From Candidatus Eiseniibacteriota bacterium (GTDB taxonomy: Bacteria > Eisenbacteria > RBG-16-71-46 > SZUA-252), in NCBI GenBank assembly GCA_031370645.1, contig JANMQV010000050.1:1-18776 (forward strand): a DNA stretch of 18,776 nucleotides, written 5' to 3'. Below, piece by piece: positions 1 through 7,329 of the stretch (positions within the stretch are counted from its first letter, which is position 1; each line of letters begins with the position of its first letter). The notes beneath the pieces were generated by a model. That model had not been told where the DNA came from. It was given only the letters and a program-made list of their open reading frames with translations, and made no database searches. The position numbers were made by a program, and so were the translations under genes.

Positions 1-279
1 CATCACCTCGCCGACGATCGTCGTGGTGACGCCGCCGCCATACGCCGGTTTTCCAGCAGGAACGCCCGGAAGGGTGACCGTCTTGCCGTCGCCCGAGGGG
101 GTCGGCTCTTCGGCCTTCGAGGAGTTGCCCGCCGGTGTGGCGGCCGGATCAGCTCCGCGATTGTGCGCTTCGTGTCCGGTGGCCGTCTGCGACGACACAT
201 CGCCGGGGCGAAGCGCCACGAGCGCCGCGAGGCCGAGAATGAGGGACGTGGCCGCGAGCGCTGTAATGTTCCGCTTCAT
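1..279 (-). CDS. Secreted hypothetical protein, paralog of the 333..869 gene (partial, runs off the window start)
   Basis: Not in the ORF track; translated by hand. ATG at 279 follows an AGGGGG Shine-Dalgarno-like sequence. The frame is open to base 1: MKRNITALAATSLILGLAALVALRPGDVSSQ...GGGVTTTIVGEVM. It has a signal-peptide-like N-terminus and an Ala/Pro/Thr/Gly linker. TIVGEVM matches TIYGEVV(DPGCW) of the neighbouring gene. Confidence 0.75.
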   Translation of the reverse strand, partial: MKRNITALAATSLILGLAALVALRPGDVSSQTATGHEAHNRGADPAATPAGNSSKAEEPTPSGDGKTVTLPGVPAGKPAYGGGVTTTIVGEVM

Positions 280-332
280 GATGAGTTCCCCCTAACGCGC
301 CCCGAATGGATGCTTCGTGCTCTAACTGCCGC

Positions 333-869
333 CTACTTGGCGCCGCCCGGCGTGATGGACGAGATCTTCACCGCCGTCACTCCGCCGCGGGTGAAGAATT
401 TTCCGGTGACCGTCACCTTCATCCCCGCGAAATCGATGACACCCTTGTTCGGGTCCTCACCGGGGTTCTCGGTGGCGATGAGATAAAGCTTGTTGGTCTT
501 CGCTTCGAGAATCGCCAGCACCTGACCCGCCTTGGCGCAGGCGATGATGCAATCCTTGTGCGTGTCACCCTTGGCACCGTTCACGACCCAGCAACCCGGA
601 TCGACGACTTCGCCGTAGATCGTCTTGATGCCCGTGGTCACGCCCTTCGGCGAGGCCGGAGCGGCGGGCGTGGCGGGGGCCGCCGTCGTGGCGGAAGTCG
701 CGCTCACGGCCGCCATCTTGGCGGGAGCCGCCGTCTTCACGGGAGCCGCCGGTGCAGTGGTCTTCGCGGGCGCGGCAGGCGCGGTTTGCCCGAGAGCGAG
801 TGGCGCGAGAAGCGCGATCGAAAGGGTTCCTAGGGCGAGAGCGGCGACAAACGACCGAAACGGCTTCAT
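333..869 (-). CDS. Secreted/periplasmic hypothetical protein with an Ala/Pro/Thr-rich linker and a Cys/His-motif C-terminal domain
   Basis: GGAGG RBS upstream of the ATG. Sec-type signal (MKPFRSFVAALALGTLSIALLAPLALG), low-complexity APAKTTAP linker, then a beta-rich domain with GEVVDPGCW...HKDCIIACAKAG. Confidence 0.8.
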   Translation of the reverse strand: MKPFRSFVAALALGTLSIALLAPLALGQTAPAAPAKTTAPAAPVKTAAPAKMAAVSATSATTAAPATPAAPASPKGVTTGIKTIYGEVVDPGCWVVNGAKGDTHKDCIIACAKAGQVLAILEAKTNKLYLIATENPGEDPNKGVIDFAGMKVTVTGKFFTRGGVTAVKISSITPGGAK

Positions 870-920
870 TCAAGTCCTCCGTGCGTACCTTGGGTGTGGG
901 GGATCCTACCCCGAGCACTC

Positions 921-949
921 AGGGTATCAGAGGGGGTAACCCCCTGCAA
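921..949 (-). promoter_or_regulatory. Putative sigma70-type promoter for the secreted-protein pair, overlapped by inverted repeats
   Basis: Minus strand reads TTGCAG (949-944), a 17-nt spacer, then TACCCT (926-921) preceded by TGA (extended -10 TGn). It lies about 50 nt upstream of the ATG at 869. Confidence 0.45.
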
Positions 950-1014
950 GAATGCCGGGTTCCACGAGAATCGAGTGTCCGCGCCGGGATCCCCGGCAAC
1001 GGTTGCGGCGCTTC

Positions 1015-1023
1015 TGCTATCAT
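1015..1023 (+). promoter_or_regulatory. Putative extended -10 element for the aminotransferase
   Basis: TGCTATCAT (TGn + TATCAT) about 40 nt upstream of the ATG at 1063. No convincing -35. Confidence 0.3.
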
Positions 1024-1062
1024 CGCCCGTCCCGAAGCCCCTGTCTCCATCGAGGAGCCCCG

Positions 1063-2340
1063 ATGCCGCATCCGTCCAAGCGCAGCCAGCAGATCCCCTT
1101 CTCGCCGATTCGCGCCATGTTCCGCCTGGCGGATGAGATGGATCGCGCCGGAAAGGGCCCCGTCATCCGATTCCATGTCGGCGACCCCGACTTCGCCCCC
1201 CCGCCCGCCGTCATCGAGGCGACGCACGCCGCGATGATCGCCGGAAAGACGCACTACCCGCCGAGCGTCGGAGTTCACGAACTGCGCTTGGCGCTTGCGG
1301 AAAAAGTCGACAAGCAAAACGGCATCCGCGCGAGCGTCGAGCAGATCGTCACCTGCCCCGGCTCCACGGAAGCGCTCGTGGCGCTGATGGAGATCGCGCT
1401 CCATCCGGGCGACGAACTCCTGATCCCGGAAATCTACTGGCCGAACTACGTGCAGCAGGCGCTTCTCGTGAGTGCCAAGCCGACGTTCTATCCGCTCGGC
1501 GCGGGATATCAACCCGACATCGAAGGGACGCGGCGTGCGATCACGCCGAAGACCCGCTGCATTCTCGTGAATTCTCCTTCGAACCCGACCGGCGCCGTCA
1601 TACCGGAGGCGACGCTTCGCGCGCTCTACGCGCTCGCCAAGGAACGCGACCTCTGGATCATTTCGGACGAGGCGTACGAGGACATCGTCTTCGACGCGAA
1701 GCACTTCTCCATGGGCTCGATCGAGCGCGACCTCCCCGAGGCGGAGCGGCGCGTCATGTCCCTGTTCACGTTCTCGAAGTCGTACGCGATGACCGGATTC
1801 CGGCTCGGTTACATCGTGGCGCCGACGCTCTTGATCGGGACGATTTTGCGGAAGACGCAGGAGCCGCTCGTGGGGAGCACGGCGTCGATGACTCAGTGGG
1901 GCGGCATGGCCGCCCTTCGCGATTCGGCGCCGATCGCCGCCATGCGGGACGCCTACCGCCGTCGCCGCGACATCGCCACGACGATCTTGCGAGACGCCGG
2001 AATGCTCGACTACACGCCACAGGGTGCGTTTTACGTGCTCGCCGACGTCTCCGCGACTGGGATGACCGGCGACGCCTTCGCGAAGGCGCTCCTCGAGGAG
2101 GAGAAGGTCTGCGTCGCGCCCGCTTCCGGATTCGCCCTGGCGCCCGAGTTCGGCGTTGATGGGTTACCGGTCGGCGCGATGACGGCGGGAGGCGCGCCGG
2201 ATTTTCCCGTCAATCCGAAGGCTCGGCATCTCATCCGGATCGCCTTCTGTGTGTCGGACGACGATGTGCGAGAAGGTCTCACGCGGCTGGTCCGATTCGC
2301 CGAGCGCTGCCGCCAGAAGGTTGTCGCACTCCGAGCCTGA
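1063..2340 (+). CDS. Pyridoxal-phosphate-dependent aminotransferase class I/II (aspartate/aromatic aminotransferase-like)
   Basis: Motifs VGDPDF, THYPPSVG, NSPSNPTG, SDEAY, FSKSYAMTGFRLG (PLP lysine), PQGAFY and IRIAF. Start moved from 952 to the ATG at 1063 because GAGGAG sits at 1052-1057. About 425 aa. Confidence 0.92.
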   Translation: MPHPSKRSQQIPFSPIRAMFRLADEMDRAGKGPVIRFHVGDPDFAPPPAVIEATHAAMIAGKTHYPPSVGVHELRLALAEKVDKQNGIRASVEQIVTCPGSTEALVALMEIALHPGDELLIPEIYWPNYVQQALLVSAKPTFYPLGAGYQPDIEGTRRAITPKTRCILVNSPSNPTGAVIPEATLRALYALAKERDLWIISDEAYEDIVFDAKHFSMGSIERDLPEAERRVMSLFTFSKSYAMTGFRLGYIVAPTLLIGTILRKTQEPLVGSTASMTQWGGMAALRDSAPIAAMRDAYRRRRDIATTILRDAGMLDYTPQGAFYVLADVSATGMTGDAFAKALLEEEKVCVAPASGFALAPEFGVDGLPVGAMTAGGAPDFPVNPKARHLIRIAFCVSDDDVREGLTRLVRFAERCRQKVVALRA

Positions 2341-2393
2341 CCGATGCGTCGGAACCGCTCGCGGACTCGCCAAAAGACTCGGCCCAGCGACCG

Positions 2394-3443
2394 ATGAGCA
2401 GGACCCACGGGGCCGCCCGCCTCCTACCGGCCGTTCAGTGCCTCACCGCCGCGGCGCTCTTTGGGGCGGCCGCACCGTTCTCGAAGTCGCTCCTTGCTTC
2501 GATTGGCCCCCTGTCGCTCGCGGGGCTTCTCTACTTGGGAGCGGCAGCCGCGACCCTTCCGGCGGCGCTGCGCGATATCCGGAAGGCCCGATGGAGCGAT
2601 CGCCGCCAGCAGCTTCTGCTCCTGGGTGCCGTGGTCTTCGGCGGCGGGCTAGCCCCCGCATTCCTTCTCTTCGGCTTGATGGCCGCTCCAGCCGCGTCGG
2701 TCTCGCTGTGGCTAAATCTCGAAGTCGTCGCCACGACCCTTCTCGCCGTGGCGCTGTTCCACGAATCCGCCGATCGCCGCACGGCGCTGGCAGTAGCCCT
2801 GGTATTCCTCGGCGGCCTCCTGCTGGCCGCCCACGAGGGCGCCGCCGGCATCAAGGCGGGCGCGCTCGTTGCCCTCGCTTGCGTCTTCTGGGGCCTCGAC
2901 AACAACTTCACGTCCATTGTGGACGGATTTACGCCGCCACAAACCACCTGTGTGAAGGGCCTCTTCGCGGGAACGGTGAACTTGATCCTGGGGCTCGTGC
3001 TCGGGGAACGCCTCCCCGGCCTCGCCACCGTCGGATTCTCATTGCTGGTCGGCGGAGTCTGCTACGGGGCCTCGATCGTTCTCTACATCTCCGGCGCCCA
3101 GCAGCTGGGCGCGAGCCGGTCGCAACTTCTCTTCGCCACCTCCGGGTTCTTCGGAGTGTTCCTCGCTTGGACCTTTCTCGGCGAGCGCATCTTCCCGGCC
3201 CAGCTTGGCGCCGGCGGGCTGATGGTCGCGGGACTTTTCCTGATGTTCACGGCCCGGCACGAACACGCCCATCGACACGAGGCGACCGCCCACACGCACA
3301 GCCACCGGCACGATGACGGGCACCACAACCACGTCCATCCGGGTCTGCCCGCTGGGGTGCGACACACCCACCTCCACGACCACGAGCCCTTCGCGCATTC
3401 GCATCCCCACGCGCCGGATCTCCACCACCGGCACGAGCACTGA
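2394..3443 (+). CDS. EamA/DMT-family transporter with His-rich C-terminal tail
   Basis: About 10 hydrophobic segments in two EamA-like repeats (AAALFGAAAPFSK, LWLNLEVVATTLLA, WGLDNNFT, LGASR). The last 61 aa contain 23 His. Confidence 0.88.
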   Translation: MSRTHGAARLLPAVQCLTAAALFGAAAPFSKSLLASIGPLSLAGLLYLGAAAATLPAALRDIRKARWSDRRQQLLLLGAVVFGGGLAPAFLLFGLMAAPAASVSLWLNLEVVATTLLAVALFHESADRRTALAVALVFLGGLLLAAHEGAAGIKAGALVALACVFWGLDNNFTSIVDGFTPPQTTCVKGLFAGTVNLILGLVLGERLPGLATVGFSLLVGGVCYGASIVLYISGAQQLGASRSQLLFATSGFFGVFLAWTFLGERIFPAQLGAGGLMVAGLFLMFTARHEHAHRHEATAHTHSHRHDDGHHNHVHPGLPAGVRHTHLHDHEPFAHSHPHAPDLHHRHEH

Positions 3444-3533
3444 TCGACCGGACTTCTTCCGCCTCCAGCCTGCGCGTGATGCGGTCGCATGTAATCACGT
3501 TGAGGCTAGAATAGGTGGCGATCAAGCGACCCA

Positions 3534-4442
3534 TCAGGTGCAATCTCGAACACGCTCGCACTCTGCCTCACCATCACCTCGTTCGATCTGGATCGTCGCG
3601 TGACCAATCCCGAATCGATGGTGCAGCTGATCCGCAATTTGTGCGAGATCCTCGTCCCGCATCTCCTGCCCAGGCACAACCAAATGCGCGGTGAGCGCCG
3701 TCTCGCTGGTGCTCATCGCCCAGACGTGAAGATCGTGCACGCTCCGAACCCCCGGCAAGTCACCCAAGAACTGGGTGACGTCTTTGGGGACGATTTGCTC
3801 GGGAACGGCATCGAGGGCGAGGTTCAACGACTCGCGGAAGACACCCCAGGTGCCGAACGCGATGACCACGGCAATCGCGATCGCCACGGCCGGGTCGATC
3901 CACGCCAGCCCCGTCGCGCGCATGGCAAAACCGGCCAGGACGACTCCAAGGGAGACGGCAGCATCCGCCACGAGATGGAGAAACGCTCCCCGCACGTTCA
4001 GGTCCCCGCGGCGGCCCGACAGAAACAGAAATGCCGATGCGCCGTTGATCAGAATTCCGACGGCGGCGACGACGATCACCGTCCCACTCGCCACGACGTG
4101 GGGCGATCGAACCCGCCCGATCGCTTCCCAGATCAGGCCCCCGACCACGATCAAAAGGACCACGGCGTTCGTCAACGACGCGAGGATCGTCGAGCGGCGG
4201 AAGCCATACGTACGCCGAGCCGTCGCCGGCCGGGCCGCCAGGCCCGCGGCTCCCCAAGCGAGCGCGAGCCCCAGAACGTCGCTGAGATTATGACCCGCAT
4301 CCGAGACCAGCGCGAGCGAATGGGACAGAATTCCGAACGTCGCCTCCGCGATCGTGAACGCGAGGTTGAGCGCGATCCCGATGGCGAACGCGGTGCTATA
4401 ATTGCGTGGCCCGTGTTCGTGGCCGTGGTCGTGGCTGTGCAT
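3534..4442 (-). CDS. czcD: Cation diffusion facilitator (CzcD/ZitB-type Co/Zn/Cd efflux transporter)
   Basis: N-terminal HSHDHGHEH, CDF signature SLALVSDAGHNLSD, TYGFRR, NVRGAFLHLVAD, and C-terminal domain VHDLHVW...TAHLV...HATIQIE. Confidence 0.93.
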   Translation of the reverse strand: MHSHDHGHEHGPRNYSTAFAIGIALNLAFTIAEATFGILSHSLALVSDAGHNLSDVLGLALAWGAAGLAARPATARRTYGFRRSTILASLTNAVVLLIVVGGLIWEAIGRVRSPHVVASGTVIVVAAVGILINGASAFLFLSGRRGDLNVRGAFLHLVADAAVSLGVVLAGFAMRATGLAWIDPAVAIAIAVVIAFGTWGVFRESLNLALDAVPEQIVPKDVTQFLGDLPGVRSVHDLHVWAMSTSETALTAHLVVPGQEMRDEDLAQIADQLHHRFGIGHATIQIERGDGEAECERVRDCT

Positions 4443-4565
4443 TCCGGTCTAAATCGCCTCCTCGTCTGTTACCCGCCTCAGAATGCTGACCACTGTGTCC
4501 AGCTCCGCCACGAAGACCGTCTCGTCCCCTGACGATAGCGTCGATGAGCATGATCATCAAGATCG

Positions 4566-4579
4566 TTGACCGGGATCAA
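4566..4579. promoter_or_regulatory. FNR/CRP-family-like palindromic site in the divergent czcD / czcCBA intergenic region
   Basis: TTGAC-CGGG-ATCAA is one mismatch from the FNR consensus TTGAT-N4-ATCAA. It lies within the inverted repeat CGTTGA-N6-TCAACG (4564-4581). Confidence 0.35.
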
Positions 4580-4605
4580 CGCCTGAGCGAAACTCAACTC
4601 TGACT

Positions 4606-4986
4606 ATGCGTTCTCAACCTTGGATTTTCCGCCGAGCCACTTTCCTCATGATCATTCTGTTTGCTCCAATCGCACTCTCTGGATCGGTCTGCCTGAGCGA
4701 GCGTTGCATTACCGCTTTCACGTTCGCCCCCTGCGATTGCGCCACCCATACGGGGCACGCGCAGTCTACCGAGCGCATGGAGAGGACTCCCGATTGCGGC
4801 GTGTGCCAGAACTACTCGATTTCGGCACTGGCTTCGCGCGGATTGCAGACGCTGACGTTTTCGGGCCCGATTGAACCCCTCCGCCATGGCCAAGAGAGTC
4901 TCCAGCCCACCCTCCGCCCCATCACTGAATCGTTCGCCCGCACGCATGGACCTCCCGACCCCCGCCATTCGATCCTCCGCTGTTGA
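4606..4986 (+). CDS. Small Cys-rich protein upstream of czcC (CzcI / DUF2946-like architecture; candidate regulatory leader)
   Basis: Hydrophobic N-terminal segment, CxC (CDC) followed by HTGH, CxxC (CGVC), and a C-terminal HGPP motif ending ...SILRC. It fills the gap directly upstream of czcC in the same orientation. The exact start is uncertain (no clear RBS). Confidence 0.6.
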   Translation: MRSQPWIFRRATFLMIILFAPIALSGSVCLSERCITAFTFAPCDCATHTGHAQSTERMERTPDCGVCQNYSISALASRGLQTLTFSGPIEPLRHGQESLQPTLRPITESFARTHGPPDPRHSILRC

Positions 4987-5065
4987 TCTTCTGAACTAGT
5001 CTCCCCCGCGACGCGCACGAATGTGCGCCGGACATCCCATTCCATTGATCGAAGGAGAACACTCC

Positions 5066-6364
5066 GTGCTCTCATCCTTGAGGGCCGGCGGCTCCATCGC
5101 GATTTGCGTCATGGCCTTGATGCCATCCCGAGGCTTCGCAAACGCCGCGATGAGCGCGTCGGATCGTCTACCCATCGTTACCGGAGCGCTGACGTTGCCG
5201 CGCGTGCTTGAGCTGGCCGATCGTTATCAACTCTCCCTACGGGCGGCGGATCTGCGCGCCGAGGCTGCCTCCGCGCGGATCCGCGACGCGAACCGGAGGC
5301 CGAATCCACGCCTGACGGCAACGGAGGAGAATTTCGGGGATAGCCGCGCCCCGGGACGAGGAGAAGCGACGCTCGAACTCCAACAAACCCTGGAGCTGGG
5401 AGGGGATCGCGGAGCGCGCACCGCGACGGCCCAGGCCGAATACGAAATCGCTCGCGCCGAGGCGGACGTCCTGCGTCGAGAGCGGCTCGCGGAGGCCGCC
5501 GAACGATTCATCGCCGCCTGGACCCTTCAGGCACGATCCGGCCGATTGCGCGAGGGCGAGCGTCTCACACAGGAGGCGATCACCGCCGCGTCGGACCGCT
5601 TTCGAGCAGGAGCTTCCCTTCTCCTCGAGCGCTCGCGCGCCGAGAGCGACGCCCTATCGCAAGCGGTGGAGCGACGGCGAACGGAGGCCGAGTCGGCCGT
5701 CGCCCGACGATTGGTGGCGGCATTGTGGGGAGCTTCCGAGGCCGCCTTCGATTCCCTCGCCTTGCCGAATCCGGATTTCAGTGGGAACCGCGGGGAGGAG
5801 GATGGTCGCGTCGACGGACACCCCGAACTTGCGCGCGCCGCGGCGAATCAGTCCCTCGCGGCACTGCGCATACGAGCCGCGCGAGCGGATCGAGTCCCCG
5901 ACCTCGAGGTCTCGGGTGGTGTTCGCCGATTCCAGGAGACGCATAGCACTGGGTTCCTAGCGGGGATCCAAATTCCGCTACCGCTCTGGAGCGGAGGAAG
6001 CGGAACCCTCGCCGCTGCTCATCGCGAAGCGGAAGCCGCGAGCGCCGACGCGCGCGATGCCGCCCGACGCCTGACCGTGGCGGCGGCGGGCGCCCTCGAA
6101 CGGGTGCGATCGACGCGGGCGACGTACGACACCCTGCGGGTGAGTGTCCGCCCTGCCCGGGAGCGCCTTGTTCACGAACTACTTCAAGCCTATCGAGCCG
6201 GACGCATGAGTTATCTCGACCTCATCGCCGAGCAGCGGAATCTAGTGCAGACCGACTTGGCGCTCGTGGAGGCGGAGGCGGATCTGTGGCGCGCGCGAAT
6301 GGACCTCGACTTCCTGGTCGGCGGCGCGTTCCTGCCGACTGGCCCACGAAAGGAGGAGCGATGA
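5066..6364 (+). CDS. czcC: Outer-membrane efflux protein, TolC/CzcC family
   Basis: GAAGGAG RBS at 5051-5057 points to the in-frame GTG at 5066 rather than 5021. Signal peptide, RRPNPRL, QTLELGGDRGAR, HPEL, RVPDLEVSGGVRR, IPLPLW and YRAGRMSYLDL are typical of CzcC. First gene of a C-B-A trio. Confidence 0.88.
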   Translation: MLSSLRAGGSIAICVMALMPSRGFANAAMSASDRLPIVTGALTLPRVLELADRYQLSLRAADLRAEAASARIRDANRRPNPRLTATEENFGDSRAPGRGEATLELQQTLELGGDRGARTATAQAEYEIARAEADVLRRERLAEAAERFIAAWTLQARSGRLREGERLTQEAITAASDRFRAGASLLLERSRAESDALSQAVERRRTEAESAVARRLVAALWGASEAAFDSLALPNPDFSGNRGEEDGRVDGHPELARAAANQSLAALRIRAARADRVPDLEVSGGVRRFQETHSTGFLAGIQIPLPLWSGGSGTLAAAHREAEAASADARDAARRLTVAAAGALERVRSTRATYDTLRVSVRPARERLVHELLQAYRAGRMSYLDLIAEQRNLVQTDLALVEAEADLWRARMDLDFLVGGAFLPTGPRKEER

Positions 6365-7329
6365 ACACCCACTTCCGATTCACCCGTGTGCGCGCGCTTC
6401 GTAGTTCCAGTGCCGCTCTTCTTCTGCTCCTCGCGATCGCGGGATGCTCAAAGCCCTCGCCGGAGAGCGCCGCGAAGGAGGAGGATCCACTCAAGGGGCC
6501 GCATGGCGGCGCCGTCGTGTCACTCTCCGATGAGGTCCTCCGCTCCGCCGACATCGCCGTCGACGCGGCGGGCCCGAGACAGATCGAGGTAACGATCGAG
6601 CAGCCGGGTGAGATCAAGCTCAACGGCGAGCAGAGCGTCGACGTGCGACCCTCCTACGCAGGCAGAGTGGTGGCCCTCCAGGCCAGGCTGGGCGACGCGG
6701 TCCGGCGGGGCGAGCCGTTGGCCGTGATCTACAGCAATGAAAGCATGAGCGACTATTCGATCGCGGCCCCGGCGAGCGGAACTGTCGTCGCGCGCCCGGT
6801 AAACGTCGGCTCGGCCGTGGACGCGGGAGCCGTTCTCTACTCGGTCGCCGACATGTCCACGGTCTGGTTGGACTTCCCGATCTACGTGCAGCACCTAGGC
6901 CGCGTTCGCCGCGGCCAAACCGTTCGCGTGCGAACGGAGAGCGGCCCGGATGGCTCGGCCCTCGGTACGGTCAGTTACGTCGGGCCGTTGCTCGACGTGG
7001 ACACGCACACCTCCTATGCCCGCGTTGTGCTTCCCAACCGGGACCACCGCTGGCAGCCGGGTAGGCTCGTGACGGCCGTGGTGGTCGTCGAGCGAGTAAG
7101 TGTCCCGGTCGCCGTGCCGGAGGAGGCGATCGTCCGAATGGGTGACGGACCCGCCGTGTTTCGCGCGGACTCAATGGGGTTCGAGGTCCAGCCGGTGACG
7201 CTGGGCCGAAGCGACGGCATCACCACGGAGATCGTAACGGGGCTCGAGCGTGGAGCCCGCGTCGCGGTGCGGAACGCATTTCTCCTAAAGGCTGAGCTGG
7301 AGAAGGAAGCGGGCGGCGATGAAGACTGA
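6361..7329 (+). CDS. czcB: RND efflux periplasmic adaptor (membrane fusion protein), CzcB family, probable lipoprotein
   Basis: ATGA overlap with the czcC stop and an AGGAGG RBS place the start at 6361. Lipobox-like LAIAGC, lipoyl-like halves (GRVVALQARLGDAVRRGEPLA / IAAPASGTV), ADMSTVW, WQPG, VAVPEEAI and NAFLLKAELEK. Confidence 0.88.
   Translation: MNTHFRFTRVRALRSSSAALLLLLAIAGCSKPSPESAAKEEDPLKGPHGGAVVSLSDEVLRSADIAVDAAGPRQIEVTIEQPGEIKLNGEQSVDVRPSYAGRVVALQARLGDAVRRGEPLAVIYSNESMSDYSIAAPASGTVVARPVNVGSAVDAGAVLYSVADMSTVWLDFPIYVQHLGRVRRGQTVRVRTESGPDGSALGTVSYVGPLLDVDTHTSYARVVLPNRDHRWQPGRLVTAVVVVERVSVPVAVPEEAIVRMGDGPAVFRADSMGFEVQPVTLGRSDGITTEIVTGLERGARVAVRNAFLLKAELEKEAGGDED

Noticed and set aside
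640-790. Repetitive GC-rich stretch as a DNA repeat or CRISPR array
   Set aside because: It is explained by the Ala/Pro/Thr/Lys linker codons and has no repeat-spacer periodicity.
952-1062. Upstream ATG for the aminotransferase
   Set aside because: It has no RBS and the extension looks non-homologous. The ATG at 1063 has a GAGGAG RBS.
3474-3500. Inverted repeat CGTGAT...ATCACG between the convergent DMT and czcD genes as a terminator
   Set aside because: The stem is short with a 13-nt loop and no U-tract, so it is too weak to call.
4981-5211. TGT-TGA (Cys then UGA) at the end of the small Cys-rich ORF as possible Sec readthrough, given the UCA tRNA
   Set aside because: Readthrough would run out of frame over the czcC start with non-protein-like sequence, and no convincing SECIS hairpin follows the UGA.
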